Shown here: piece after piece, positions 48,008-61,401 of the stretch
Position numbering within the stretch: the stretch's first letter is position 1
Layout of the letters: every line of letters begins with the position of its first letter
Assembly (NCBI GenBank): GCA_035221665.1
Contig: CM069141.1
Location: forward strand, 29,946,001 to 30,010,000
Reading direction: 5' to 3'
Origin: Okamejei kenojei
Taxonomy: Eukaryota
Length of the DNA stretch: 64,000 nucleotides
The notes under the pieces: generated by a model
Seen by the model: the letters and a program-made list of their open reading frames with translations, nothing else
What the model was told of the DNA's origin: nothing
The model's database searches: none
Made by a program: the position numbers and the translations under genes

Positions 48008-48975
48008 ACCACCACCACAAAATTCCTTTGACAGGTTGAATAGAAATGTCCCCAATCTCATTGTTTTATTAATTGACCACGTAGATGAACATCCTCGCTT
48101 CGACTGCCGTTTTATTAAGTTTATTAAAATTAGCAGTGGATAATTTAATAGCAGGAGTAATATTAAAATCATCTTCTAATGCCGTCAACGCCGACAACGG
48201 GGCGGATCTCACGTAGGGGACAAGGCAAGGTACACCGTTTATTTTTTCATATAAACTTGCTTCTTAGGATGCCTTTAATCAAAATTTCATGTTGCGAAAA
48301 GGTGACTTAGGACCCATACGATCGGGCAGTATTTTTCCTGCCGATATGGGGTTTAAATTCCGGGCAACCGCAACGTTCCAATCGATCGCGTTCAACATAT
48401 ACCCACTCGCAAGATTATTAAAATGGCCATTAATTTACGGGAATTAAACACTAAATTCCTTCCATTTGGCCTATAAATTCATGACAATGAGATTTAAAAA
48501 TCATGTTATATTGTGAATTCTTGTGTGAATGTTATTTGGACACTTAGGCTTTTTTTTAAATGTTAACCTTTTCTTAAGAAATGGATAGATGTTTAGTTCT
48601 AGTAATTGAATTTTGTAATTAGCTACAATTAGGTAACTAACTAATTATATGCTTTAATTTCAGGTCATCCAAGGAAGATTGTTTCATATTTGTTTCAGAA
48701 TGCATCAATCTATAATAACTGAAAATTTCATTCAATTCTCTTAATTTTTAAGAAATTTATGGGCTTTTGACTGTCCTCAGCTTTTGTGTCAAGTCAATGG
48801 AAAAGCAATAGGAAACAAGATGCTAATTTCTGAGTATGAAAATGGCCATAACGTTTTTAATACTGAAGATATGAAAGTGAATTAGGTGTCAAATTAAACT
48901 TCTTTGAATGCTTTATCTGATGGGATAAATTGCAGACTTGATTTTTAAAATCTCAAAATGTTGCAGATTTGCTAC

Positions 48976-50640
48976 ATTCAATGTGATCATGGTACCCCAT
49001 TCCTGCCTTCTCCCCATATCCCTTGACTCCGCTATCTTTGAGCTCTATCTAACTCTCACTTGAAAGTATCCAGAGAACTGGTCTCCATCGCTCTCGGAGG
49101 AAGAAAATTCCACAGATTCACAACTCTCTGTGTGAAAAAGTACTTCCTCATCTCCGTTCTAAATGGCTTAACCCTTATTCTTAAACTGTGGCCCCTGGTT
49201 CTGGACTCCCCCAACATCGGGAACATGTTTCCTGCCTCTAGCGTGTCCAAACCCTTAATAATATTATATGTTTCATTAAGATGCCCTCTCATCCTTCTAA
49301 ATTCCAGAGTATACATGCCCATCTGCTCCATTCTATTAACATATGACAGTCCACCATCCCGGGAATTAACCTTGTGAACCTAGGCTGCACTCCCTCAATA
49401 GCAAGAATGTCCTTCCTTACAGTTGGAGCCCAAAACTGCATACAATAGTCCAGGTGTGGTCTCACTAGGGCCCTGTACAACTGTAGGAGGACCCCTTTGC
49501 TCCTATATTCCTTACCTCCTTACCGAGGACCACCGTGTGGTAAGCTGCGGAGTGCTGACACCGCCTACTCCAACATCACAGAGCTGTGGGGTCTGTGGAG
49601 CATCCAGCCGTGGCGGCGCTTACTTCAAATACCGAGATCGCCAGTGTTGGAGCTCCGACCCGCGCGGCATGTGGACTTCGGGAGCCGCTGTCTCCGGTAG
49701 CAAGCGGCCGTTCCAGACACTCCAAGCTGCTAAAGGGTGTTCTTCCGACGCCGGAGCTCCATCATCCGGTGAGAGGGCCTGAAACATCGGGCCGTCGTTG
49801 CGGCGACTGCGCAGGCCTCAAATAGGCCCTGACCATGGGTGAACAAGAGGAAGAAGACTGGACTTTGCTGCCTTGCCTCACAGTGGGAACCATTGTGGGG
49901 GGATGTTTTTATGTTTAATGTTAATTTTTTTTTTTTAATGTTGTGTTTTATTTTTATTGGTGTGCTGCAAATGGCAACCCAAATTTCACTACACCAATTG
50001 GTGTATGTGATAATAAATGTCCTTTGTCCTTGTTATTTGTCCTTTGTCCTTTGTACTCAACTCCTCTTGTTATGAAGGCCAACATGCTATTTGCTTTCTT
50101 CACTGCCTGCTGTACCTGCATGCTTACTTTCATTGATCGATGAACAAGGACCCCCAGATTCCATTGTACTTCCCCTTTTCCCTACTTGACACCATTTAGA
50201 TAATAATCTGCCTTCCTGTTTTTGCTACCAATATGGATAACCTCACATTTTTCTACATTAAACTGCATCTTCCCACTCATCCAACCTGTCCAAGTCACCC
50301 TGCATTCTCATAGCATCTTCCTCACAGTTCACACTGCCACCCAGCTTTGTATCATCTGCAAATTTGCTAATGTTACTTTTAATCCATTCATCTAAATCAT
50401 TAATATATATTGTAAATAGCTGTGGTCCCAGCACCGAGCCTTGCGGTACCCCACTAGTCACTGCCTGCCATTCTGAAAGGGACCCGTTGATCCCTACTCT
50501 TCCTTTCCTTGTCTGCCAACCAATTTTCTATCCATGTCAGCACCCTATCCCAATACCATGTGTTCTTATTTTGCCCACTAATCTTCTATGTGGGACCTTA
50601 TCAAATGCTTTCTGAAAGTCCAGGTACACTACATCCACTG
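48976..50640 (-). mobile_element. CR1 LINE interrupted by a GC-rich retroposon
   Basis: ORFs 50258-50461 ([16 protein letters not shown]), 49289-49480 and 49056-49331; CR1 sequence is split at CTCCTATA|CTCAACTCC. Confidence 0.9.
49508..50052 (+). mobile_element. GC-rich non-autonomous retroposon
   Basis: CpG-rich body, AATAAA and TGTCCTT repeat tail; related to 26330-26835. Confidence 0.6.
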
Positions 50641-52149
50641 AAAGTCCAGGTTAACTATCCACCTACCTTTGATATGCAGATGGTATTACCATTGCCAGGT
50701 CACTCACATTAAATATCTAGGGGGGTCACCAATGACTAAAAATAGCTTTAGTTAAAAATAATTACATAATTATAACGGGTGTCAAGGGTTATGGGGAGAA
50801 GGCTGCAAAATGGGATTAGGAGGCAGAGATCAGCCATGATTGAATGGTGGAGTAGACTTGATGGGCCGAATGGCATAATTCTACTCCTATAAGTTGTGAA
50901 CTTGTGAATTGTTGACTAATTAACATACATAGAGAGAGTGAAATTATGAAAGTAAACAAAAAAGCTTGATGAAATTATTTTTTAATGATATTGGCAACTC
51001 CATTTGTGCCAGTATTGTCGGCATAATGACGAAGGGCCAAATAAAGGGATCATTTGGTCCCTCAGCACAGGATATACTGGAGCAGTTGTCACAGCAGTTG
51101 GCGATCTGGTGTGGAGCAGGGGATCAGATGTACCAACGTAATCCATTATCTCCCAATAGAGAGCGACGCAGTGAAAGCAACAGTAAAGATGCTCAACTTC
51201 ATGTAGGATGAAGCAGCCCACTCCTTCTACCACAGACATATGGTGACTTTCATCTATAAAACATATACTCCAGTTACTGGCCGAGGTTACTCCAACTGCA
51301 TCTCTCAAACTGGAACACCTATTACCAAGGAGGACAAATACTATTGGCACATGGTCAGGCTGAAATTATAGCACAGGCTGGAAATACTAATCACACATCC
51401 ACGTAAAATGCTAAATTTTCCTTCTCCGCATAGGTTCCCCAACTTGCTGAATATTTGCAGCATTGTGTTTTTACTCCAGATTTAACAGCATCTCCAGATT
51501 TTTGACCACATCCAACTTATCCTGTAACTTGCACCCAACCTGTCCTGCGGGTATATCACACTTCTTTCATTGTCACTGGGTTTAAATGCTGGAACTCTCT
51601 AACCTACAGTACAGTGAGTGTACTTGTACCAGATGGGCAGAAACTGTTCAAGGGTTTGCTGATCATCTCAATCTCAAGGGCAATCAGGATGACAAACAAT
51701 GCTGCCTTGCAGCGATACCATCACACTGAAAAACGAGTAAATAAAAATTATCACGCACATCAATTGCAAATGCTTCAAATCACCTCCTTTTACAGCACAA
51801 TTCACCCTCAGGGAAGTGAGCTTCATCTAAGCCTGCTTCAGGCCTCTTCACAACTCAGTGAACAGTTCCAGTCACAGACAACAGGCCCTTTTACAAGACC
51901 TACAGAATCTCTGCTATCCAAGAGGACCATTCAAATTGATTGAAATAACCTTCCTTCAATCCCTCGAATCAAACTCATCAATTGGCATCTTCTGAAAGGA
52001 TTCAAATGACACTCCAGCCATTGGGTTGACAACCCTGTGGACCGTGACCGTGTGCCTGTGCCACCCAGATTCTACATCAGAACTGATCATCACTGAGGAC
52101 TGTGAATACTCCCATCACTGAACTAAAACAAGATCATAGAGATGGGGGG

Positions 52150-52436
52150 AGGGGGATGGGGTGGGAGGTGACGTCAGTCGCAGCACAAGCAGACGGCAAG
52201 CAGGTAGATCCATTGTCACGTCATCAGCGAAAAACGAGCTTTTTGATTTCAAAGGTTTTACCGGTTAGTGAAGATTTTCTATTAAGAACTTATGAAATAA
52301 AGCACAAAATTTATCAGATAAGCCGATTTCGGAATCCTGGGGGTGAATCTCTACCAGAATGAATATATAACACACACATACATGCACGCACGCACTCACG
52401 CACACACTCAGAGTTTTATAGTTATAAGGATAAGGA
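52150..52436 (-). mobile_element. Helitron-like 5' fragment
   Basis: Shares AGATCCATTGTCACGTCATCAGCGAAAAA and following sequence with 30857-31067; (CA)n-like run, then minus-strand start A|TCCTTATCC at 52436. Confidence 0.6.
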
Positions 52437-52763
52437 TGGAGTCACCAATCAGCTGGGCAGGAGGTGGGCTGACTGAATTTGGGTGTTGCACGGCGTTGTG
52501 CGGTGACATCATCGCGCAACGCCACGCCGGGCGGTTACGTCATCGCGCAACATCATGCGCTAGGCGTACGCCATCAAGACGCTGCATACGCCCTCAATGC
52601 GCCTGCGGGCCGACAGGCCGTTGGTGCGCTGAATTTTCAGACAGTGTCAGTTTTTTGGAGCCCCGCACGATGTCGGGACCAGCCCCGCACAACTCCATAC
52701 GCCTCCGCGCTTGGAAGTGGGACCAGCCCCACGTGGCCCGTACGCCAAAGTGGAACAGGCCCT
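52437..52763. mobile_element. Harbinger-type MITE, right part only
   Basis: Ends AAAGTGGAACAGGCCCT|TAA, matching the TIR family at 9440 and 62632; left TIR absent. Confidence 0.6.
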
Positions 52764-52921
52764 TAAACCTCAATCTTCAAAGTTTTTTTTAGATATAGTT
52801 TGGAAAGTTTAAGGCATGGTTTCATTGGTCCATTATTCACATACTGGTTGGAACATGCAGCGCAGAAAGAGGCCTTTCGGCTCTGGCTAGTGTTTATGCT
52901 CCATCAACATTCCTCCATTGT

Positions 52922-53465
52922 CAGAGTCAGGCTAAACGCAAATAGAAGGAACAGCATCTCATAATTCGCTTGGCTCTAACTTCAATTAACCCCAGCATTC
53001 CCTCTCTCTCCATCCCTCCCCCACCCGTCATACCAGCTTCAAAGTATTTTTACAGAGTCTCATTGTCTGTACTCATTCTCACCTAGCAAACAGCTAACAA
53101 TGGCCTGTATCCTTTATCATCATTACTTTTTTGTCCATCTTTAATTCATTTGTTCTATATTTCCCTTCATCATCTATATCTCATTTCTCTTTCCCCTGAC
53201 TCTCAGTCTGAAGAAGGGTCTCGACCCGAAACGCCACCCATTCCTTTCCTCCAGAGATGCTGTCTGACCCATTGAGTTACTCCAGCTTTTTGTGTCTTTC
53301 TTCGGTTTAAACCAGCATCTGCAGTTCCTTCCTACACTGAAAAATGGTCCTTCCTGACTGAAGAAAGGTTTTGACCCAAAACGTCACCCATTGCGTCTCT
53401 CCAGAGATGCTGCCTGTCCAGGTGAGTCTGTGTCCAGCATTTTGTGTCTGTGTTCCTTCCTACAC
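52922..53465 (+). mobile_element. PLE 3' part with two tandem pseudo-LTRs
   Basis: Endonuclease C-terminal remnant (SQAKRK*KEQHLIIRL); hammerhead-like cores starting at 53208 and 53358. Confidence 0.85.
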
Positions 53466-54584
53466 CTTCTATCGTTCTCCAGTAAACCAAGTCAGCATTA
53501 CCCACTACTCCTTTCTGTCATCTGCATGTATCTATCTTCCTCTTTAATGCATTTACATTATTTGCACAAACTTTCCCTGTGGTAGAGAGTTCCATATTCT
53601 CACTACCCTCAAGGGAAAGAATTTTCTGCAGAAGTCCCCATTTGGATGTACAGCTGAGCCTTTTATTTTGTTGATTTCTAATTTTCCTCTTCTCCATACG
53701 CAAAAACATTATTTCTCATTTGCCAATGCCTTGTACAATTATTAGGATATCCACCACAATATTCACAATAAATAATCCATGGCACCAACAATGTGTTAAT
53801 CATTTATCATGAAATTTAGTAAACCAGGCAATTAACAGGCTAAACCATTTTTCAACATTTTGATCAAGATATGGAGAGACTATGACATGATTATACTCCT
53901 CCGCCCAAATACAATGATTACTGGAGTAATAATTTTTCTATTATTAATCATTTCTATCCAAATGTTCCTTACTATGTTTATACACAGAGATTCCAAGCCA
54001 GGAATATGGGCACTAACGTCATACTTGGCAAACAGTACAGCTTGGAAAATAAGTTACTGCTTAGTCAAGAAAATGTTTAAATATCTGTCAAACTGTAACA
54101 TAATTCATCACTTCAAGAACTACAGTATTTGAAACACTTTGTGTCTTCCGCCAGCAGATAGAGGGGGGGCAACACCAAGTTCTACGTTAAGAAGTACTTG
54201 TTCTTACCTGCAGTGAATGGACTCATCTGGAATTCTCTGGAAGGAAATATAACTGAATCAGATTTAATCATTCCTTTTACAAGGAAATTGGACAGATGCT
54301 CAAAGGAAAAAATATAGCAGAATCCAGAGAAACGGGCGATTGAACTGAATAGACAGCTCTGATTAGACAGCCAGTCAGAGCCAGGAAGCAATGGCCTCAG
54401 AGGCATACATCATGGAACCAGGCCTTTTGACCCATCATGTGCACACTGACCATCATGCCCCCTATTTATATTTTCATTCTATCACTCACCCACACACAAG
54501 ACGCATTTTAGATTAGCCAGTTAACCTGTCAACCCACGCGGTTTTGGAAATGTGGGAGGCTGCTTTACTGAAGGCACATGAGGG

Positions 54585-55110
54585 AATGCTGTTTACTCTG
54601 TTTCACAGAGACATGGCACAAAGATTTTTCAATCGTTCACATGGACCGGATGAAGTAATTGCGAAATGGGAATTGCAGGGGTGTCTGCCTCAAGGCAAAC
54701 ACTTCGTAGCGCTTTGATATAGCGGTCTTGTCCAACTCCTGCTGTCTGTACCTGGAACATCTTGTGGTGAAGTGCTTCTACCTCCTAAGGGAATTCACCT
54801 CCATCATCATGACTGCAGTTTACATCCTGCCCCAGGCAGATATTTCGCCAGTACAGGAGGAGCTGCACACCATGATCAACAAACACCAAGTGGCATACCC
54901 CCCACACCTTCCCCATCATAGACAATGATGCCAACAAGGCTAGTTCAAAGAAATCACATCAAACTAACACCAGCGCATTTCCTACAGCACCAGAGAATCA
55001 AATGCTCTTGACCACTGCTACTCCACCATCAAAGATGATTATCACTTCATCCCTTGCATGAACTTAGAAAATTGAACCACCTGGCTGTGCTACTTTTTCC
55101 TGCATGTAGG
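54585..55110 (+). mobile_element. Rex1/Babar-type AP-endonuclease domain remnant
   Basis: CFTETW-like sequence, ORF 54728-54928 LEHLVVKCFYLLREFTSIIMTAVYILPQAD, LDHCYSTIKD and NHLAVLLFPA. Confidence 0.7.
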
Positions 55111-55477
55111 CCCCGATGCAATCTCTCTTATTCTCCACTCTATTCTCTTATTCTCCATTCTGCACTCTTATTCTCCATTCTACACTTGACAACTTTGACA
55201 ATAGGACAACATCCAAGTCAGGATGTTGTTCATTGTAATTGATTTTATGAGGCATGAAACAAAACAAGTATGCAAATCATATGAGGAATTTGATTTGACA
55301 AAAAAGCAACAAAACACGCAACCACATAAATATTTAACATAAACATCCATCACAGCCGCACCTCTACATTCCTCACCGTAATGGAAGGCAATAAAGTCTT
55401 ATCTTCTTTCCTCCTTTATCTCCCGCATTCGGGGGAGTCGAACCATCTGCAGTCGGGGCGATTGAAACTCCCGCAGC

Positions 55478-55696
55478 AAATCATGGATATATCTCCAATG
55501 ATGGATAATTTTTTTTAATACTCCATTCATTTCTACTCTTACTTTATTTTTCTCTGTCTTTTCTTACCTGTAAAAAAAAAGTATAGAAATATATAAGACA
55601 TAATTGTTAAATATTAATAAAATTATGAATGTATGTGAGAAGTATACTCTATTAATATGTACTTAAGTCTAATAAAAATATTTAACAAAAAAAAAA
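55478..55696 (+). mobile_element. Poly(A)-tailed retroposed insert (same family as 938-1191)
   Basis: AATAAA at 55671 and poly(A); perfect 14-bp TSD GAAACTCCCGCAGC (55464-55477, 55697-55710). Confidence 0.85.
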
Positions 55697-55814
55697 GAAA
55701 CTCCCGCAGCCGGCAATCAAAGCTCCTGCATCGGGGCGGTCCAAGCTCCTGCGGCTTGAAGCTCCCTAAGCCGGTCCCTAACCAGGCTCTACATCTATAG
55801 ACGAGATCTGCTAT

Positions 55815-56472
55815 GTCATTATCAGTCTTCAACAGATGTTCAGTGGACAGCATACAGACTGGTTGCCTCATGATTTGGTTCTGTAAATCAAATGCCCAAA
55901 AATAAAAGAGGCTACAGAAAGCAATAAACATTGCACTCCAGAACCAGGGGTCGCAGTTCCAGAACCAGGAGTCACAGTGTAAGAACAAGGGGTAGGCCAT
56001 TTAGGACTGAAATGAGGAGAAAAAAAAATTCACCCAGAGAGTTGTGAATCTGTGGAATTCTCTGCCACAGAAGGCAGTGGAGGCCAATTCACTGGATGTT
56101 TTCAAGAGAGAGTTAGATATAGTTCTTAGGACTAACTGAATCAATGGATATGGGGAGAAAGCACGAACGAGGCCTGGAGCTGCTGGCTTGAAGGGCCAAA
56201 ATGGCCTACTCCTGCACCTATTTTCTATGTTTCTATTGCCATCACAGGTGGACACATTGTCTATCCCAGGTACTGAATTGCCCACCATCCAAGGGATCAA
56301 CAGGAGGAACTGTCACAAGACTGCTAATATCATCAAAGATCCAGACAACTCTGGTCACATTCTCATCTCACTACCACCATCTCAGGCTCCTGTACAAGGA
56401 ATTGGAGCCTGAGAATCGTGACATGCACGTTCAAGAACACTTCTTCCCAGCAACCACCAGGCTTTTGAACTG
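55815..56472 (+). mobile_element. Rex1-type 3' remnant containing a CR1 3' fragment (about 55945-56235)
   Basis: ANIIKDPDNSGH...FFPATTRLLN remnants flank CR1 sequence CAGAGAGTTGTGAATCTGTGGAATTC. Confidence 0.65.
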
Positions 56473-56842
56473 TGCACAACCAAAAACCACAAAAACCAAA
56501 ACTCAGCAACTCTGGTTTGCTATTCGTTTGATACCATGATAGTATCCAAACGTTTCGTATATTTCATTTAGCAGAAAGAGATGTAAGCCATGTGTCACCT
56601 GTCTCCAATTCAAAGGGTGTGGAGTTTTGAGATTCTGTTTCAATTAATTATGGCGTGGTGCACAGCTGGCCATGTTCAGATCACAACGTGATTACATTCC
56701 TTCATTGACATTTTTAATATGTCACAGAATAGGCTTGTAAAGAGATTCCCATTTAAAACTAAGACGAGTAAAACATTTCTCCAGCAAAGTTCTCTGAACC
56801 ATTGTTATTCATTGTCAAAGAGGGCTGCGGCGAGTCAAGCGT

Positions 56843-58912
56843 GCAGGAAGGAACTGCAGATGCTGGTTTAAAACAAAGATAGACACAAAATTCTGGAGTA
56901 GCTCAGCGGGACAGGCAGCATCTTTGGAGAGAAGGAATGGGTGACGTTTTGGGTCGAGACCCTTCTCGAGTCTGAAGAATATTTTTATAGATATGTGAAG
57001 AGAAAAAGGTTAGTTAAAACAAATGTAGGTCCCTTGCAGTCAGAAACTGGTGAATTCATCATGGGGAACAAGGACATGGCAGACCAATTGAATAATTACT
57101 TTGGTTCTGTCTTCACGAAGGAAGACATAAATAATCTGCCGGAAATAACAGGGGACCGGGGGTCAAATGAGATGGAGGAACTGAGTGAAATCCAGGTTAG
57201 CCGGGAAGTGGTGTTAGGTAAATTGAATGGATTAAAGGCCGATAAATCCCCAGGGCCAGATAGGCTGCATCCCAGAGTACTTAAGGAAGTAGCCCCAGAA
57301 ATAGTGGATGCATTAGTGATATTTTTCAAAACTCTTTAGATTCTGGAGTAGTTCCTGAGGATTGGAGGGTAGCTAATGTAACCCCACTTTTTAAAAACGG
57401 AGGGAGAGAGAAAACGGGGAATTACAGACCAGTTAGTCTAACATCGGTAGTGGGGAAAATGCTAGAATCAGTTATTACAGATGGGATAGCAGCACATTTG
57501 GAAAGTGGTAAAATCATTGGACAAAGTCAGCATGGATTTATGAAAGGTAAATCATGTCTGACGAATCTTATAGAATTTTTCGAGGATTTTTCAACTAGTA
57601 GAGTGGATAAGGGAGAATCTGTGGATGTGTTATATCTGGACTTTCAGAAGGCTTTCGACAAGGTCCCACATAAGAGATTAGCATACAAACTTAAAGCACA
57701 TGGTATTGGGGATTCAGTATTGATGTGGATAGAGAACTGGCTGGCAGACAAGAAGCAAAGAGTAGGAGTAAACTGGTCATTCTCAGAATGGCAGACAGTG
57801 ACTAGTGGGGTACCGCAAGGCTCAGTGCTGGGACCCCAGCTATTTACAATATATATTAATGATCTGGATGAGTGAATTGAATGCAACATCTCCAAGTTTA
57901 TCGGTGACACAAAGCTGGGTGCAGTGTTAGCTGTGAGGAGGATGCTAGGAGACTGCCAGGTGACTTGGATAGGTTGGGTGAGTGGGCAAATGCATGGCAG
58001 ATGCAGTATAATGTGGATAAATGTGAGGTTATCCACTTTGGCGGCAAAAACAGGAGGGTAGACTATTATCTGAATGGTGGCCGATTAGGAAAAGGGGAGA
58101 TGCAATGAAACCTGGGTGTCATGGTACACCAGTCATTGAGTAGGCATGCAGGTGCAGCAGGCTGTGAAGAAAGCGAATGGTATGTTGGCATTCATAGCAA
58201 AAGGATTTGAGTACAAGAGCAGGGAGGTTCTACTGCAGTTGTACAGGGTCTTGGTGAGGCCACACCTGGAGTATTGCGTACAGTTTTGGTCTCCTAATCT
58301 GAGGAAAGACATTATTGCCATAGAGGGAGTACATAGAAGGTTCACCAGACTGATTCCTGGGATGGTAGGACTTCCATATGAAGAAAGACTGGATAGACTC
58401 GGCTTGTACTAGCTGGAATTTAGGAGAATGAGGGGGGTTCGTATCGAGGCTTACAAAATTCTTAAGGGGTTGGACAGGCTAGATGCAGGAAGATTGTTCC
58501 CGATGTTGGGGAACTCCAGAACAAGGGGTCACAGTTTAACGATAAGGGGGAAGTCTTTTAGGACCGAGATGAGAAGATCTTTTTTCACACACAGAGTGGC
58601 GAGTCTGTGGAATTCTCTGCCACAGAAGGTAGTTGAGGCTTGTTCATTGGCTATATTTAAGAGGGAGTTAGATGTGGCCCTTGTGGCTAAAGGGATCAGG
58701 GGTTATGGAGAGAAGGCAGGTACAGGATACTGAGTTGGATGATCATCCATGATCATATTGAATGGCGGTGCAGGCTCGAAGGGCCGAATGGCCTACTCCA
58801 GCATCTATTTTCTATGATTCCATGAATGGTCGTGACCCAAAACGTCACCCATTCCTTCTTTCCAGAGATGCTACCTGTCCCGCTAAAGTACTTCAGCATT
58901 TTGCGTGTATCT
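56843..58912. mobile_element. PLE fold-back split by a CR1 insertion
   Basis: Left arm ends ...GACCCTTCTCGAGTCTGAAGAA (about 56979); right arm resumes GAATGGTCGTGACCCAAAACGTCACC (about 58824). Confidence 0.75.
56980..58816 (+). mobile_element. CR1 LINE, 5'-truncated, frameshifted
   Basis: ORFs 56941-57339, 57450-57875, 58146-58412 and 58428-58733; highly similar to 22054-23871. Confidence 0.95.
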
Positions 58913-59397
58913 TTGGCGAGACAATCCTCATATACATTTAAGGCTGACATAAATAGATTTCTAATCATTAAGCAAATCGATGATAATGGGGAAAGGGCTG
59001 GAAAGTGGACAAGAAATATTAGTGTCGCCATCCTACATATGAATGGCACAGAGTAAGCTCGAAGGACAACTGCCTTGTGTTTCTCTTCTTATGGTCCAAT
59101 GGACTTAAAACAAACTTCACACTATCAGACAAATTCAGGCATTCAGACAACTACACCACAAATTAGATGTAAAACAACGTATCATTATATGGAAAATGTA
59201 TCCCAACTGAAACAGGTTTTACATTTTTTAAGTTAGTTTTGGATTTTGCGATCTTGAAAGCTCTTGAATCATTTAAAATTCTCTTGCTACTGTGATAGTT
59301 TGCACCTATCAGAATTCACTCGTGTCCCAGAGAGCCTTACCTTCTTGCACACTGTGAGTGATCCATCTTGAAAGTCTTGGATTCATGTTCATCAATT

Positions 59398-59800
59398 CTA
59401 GGAGCAAAATTAGGCCATTCAGCCCATCAAGTCTACTCCAACATTCAATTATAGCTGATCTATCCTTCCCTCTCAACCCCATTCTCTTGCCTTCTCCCCA
59501 TAACCCCAGATACCCACACTAATCAAGAATCTATCAATCGCCACCTTAAAAATATCCATTGACTTTGTCTGCTCCATTGACTTGGCCTCCACATCCTTCT
59601 GTGGCAATTAATTCCACAGATTCACCACCCTCTGACTAAAGAAATTCCTCGTCTCCTTTCTAAAGATACGTCCTTTTATTCAGAAGTTACGGCATCTGGT
59701 CCAAGACTCTCCCACTAGTGGAAATATCCCCTCCACATTCACTCAATGCAGGCCTTTCATTAATCTAAGTTTCAATGAGGTCCCCCCTCATCTTTCTAAA
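59398..59800 (-). mobile_element. CR1 3' fragment
   Basis: Similar to 14688-15172 (AATTAGGCCATTCAGCCCATCAAGTCTACTCC...CTCTCCCACTAGTGGAAA). Confidence 0.8.
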
Positions 59801-59974
59801 CTCTGAACTTTAGCACAAAGTGAATCTCTCTGCTCATCCAAGATTGTCAACATACTCCTTCATGTAAGCCGTGATGATCGAGGTATACTCATACATGTTA
59901 GATGAAGTTAGCCAAGAGATTCACCCTTACATTTAAAACCTTCTCCAAGTCAATCGATGTGGAGTTTTAAGATT

Positions 59975-60287
59975 CTTTAGTTTAGTTTAGAGATACAGCA
60001 TGGAAAACAGGCCCTTCGGCCCACTGAGTCTGCGCCGACCAGCGATCCTTGCAGACCAACACTATCCTATGCACACTAGGGACAATTTACATTATTACCA
60101 AGCAAATTAATCTACAAACCTGTACGTCTTTGAAGTGTGGGAGGAAGCTAAAGTTCTCGGAGAAAACCCACACAGGTCACGAGGAGAACATACAAATTCC
60201 ATACAGACAAGCACCTGTGGTTAGGATCGAACCCATGTCCCGGACGCCTCAAGGCAGCAGTTCTACCGCTGCGCCAACGTGCCGCCC
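59975..60287 (-). mobile_element. HE1/V-SINE-like SINE, near full length
   Basis: (TTTAG)n tail, CR1-like 3' end, V-domain and tRNA head ending TGCCGCCC. Confidence 0.85.
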
Positions 60288-61401
60288 AATTTAAATTAAT
60301 TGTAGGTTGCTACAGACGCGGATTACAATGTGATCATATTTCATAATTGACATATTTTTAATATATAATTAACCAGAATGCTATCTCTACCACACCACAC
60401 GTACGGAGCTCAGCTGTTTTCTCACATGCATGTTTTGCCTCCCAAATGTGACTCCATGGGGAGCGTCAGGCAAATTATTTGAAACATGCTTCTCACGTTT
60501 GAATTGAATGTAGTAAGCGCACGAGTCACTGAACAGTAAAATATTCACAGAAATCCAATTTACTTTGCATGTTTGTAACGTACTAGATTATTTTAATGTG
60601 AGATGCCACAAATAGATTTTAATTTCTCCACATATCTACTGTCGAGTTCCCTGAAGAAATTAGATGACACATTTATTTACAATTTCTATGCAAAGCGATA
60701 GATCAGAGGTGTATCTGAACCCACAGGTGAATCTGGTGGTGATAGAGGCATGGATGGAAGACCCATTTGAAAATTAATCTCAGGCAGGATTATTAAGATA
60801 AAGCGGATCATTGTGAGTGAGAGATTACAAAGCAAAACTTTTTGAAGGATAGGAATCTAAGTGTTATAATCCACATTTTGTAGTCTGAGATGAAAGTTGG
60901 TTTGTAGGATGTAATGTAGTGAAGTTGTAGAAATTGTTAAATCTCAGACAAAAATGATAGCTTAAGACTAATATATAACTGGATGTATTGGCGGGGATTT
61001 GAACATGCAGTAGAAATGGTGACTATGTAGATTAGTAGAGCAGAATATCATTAGTATCAACGTGACAAATGGATCTGGTGTCACTGGTTATCACTGGGGA
61101 TGGCTGATGACAGATCCTCAGGGAGCTTTAAAGGTAATGGTACATTGTTGCAACAGAAACCACCCTGGATGTGTAAAATTGGTAAGAAACAAACCAAGTG
61201 AAGGACGTCCTTTCGATACTGCATTATAGAAAACAATTTAAAATTGAACACTTTAAAATCTATAGCGAGGTGAATTAATCATTATCATTGTCAAATATCA
61301 AAGCACAGAAAACAGTGGAACAGGAAACCTCCTGGGCTTTAGTTTATATTTAACATAACTGCATTAATTTTACGTAGATTGGTTATTTCCTACTAAACAA
61401 T

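Noticed and set aside
50966-51350. ORFs near 51 kb as a host exon
   Set aside because: The sequence resembles a very decayed LINE 3' end, as at 19140-19450, and lacks good splice signals.
59341-59398. Minus-strand exon-like unit ending at a GTAAGG donor
   Set aside because: The acceptor lies in a CR1 tail, there is no pyrimidine tract, and the peptide is not recognisable.
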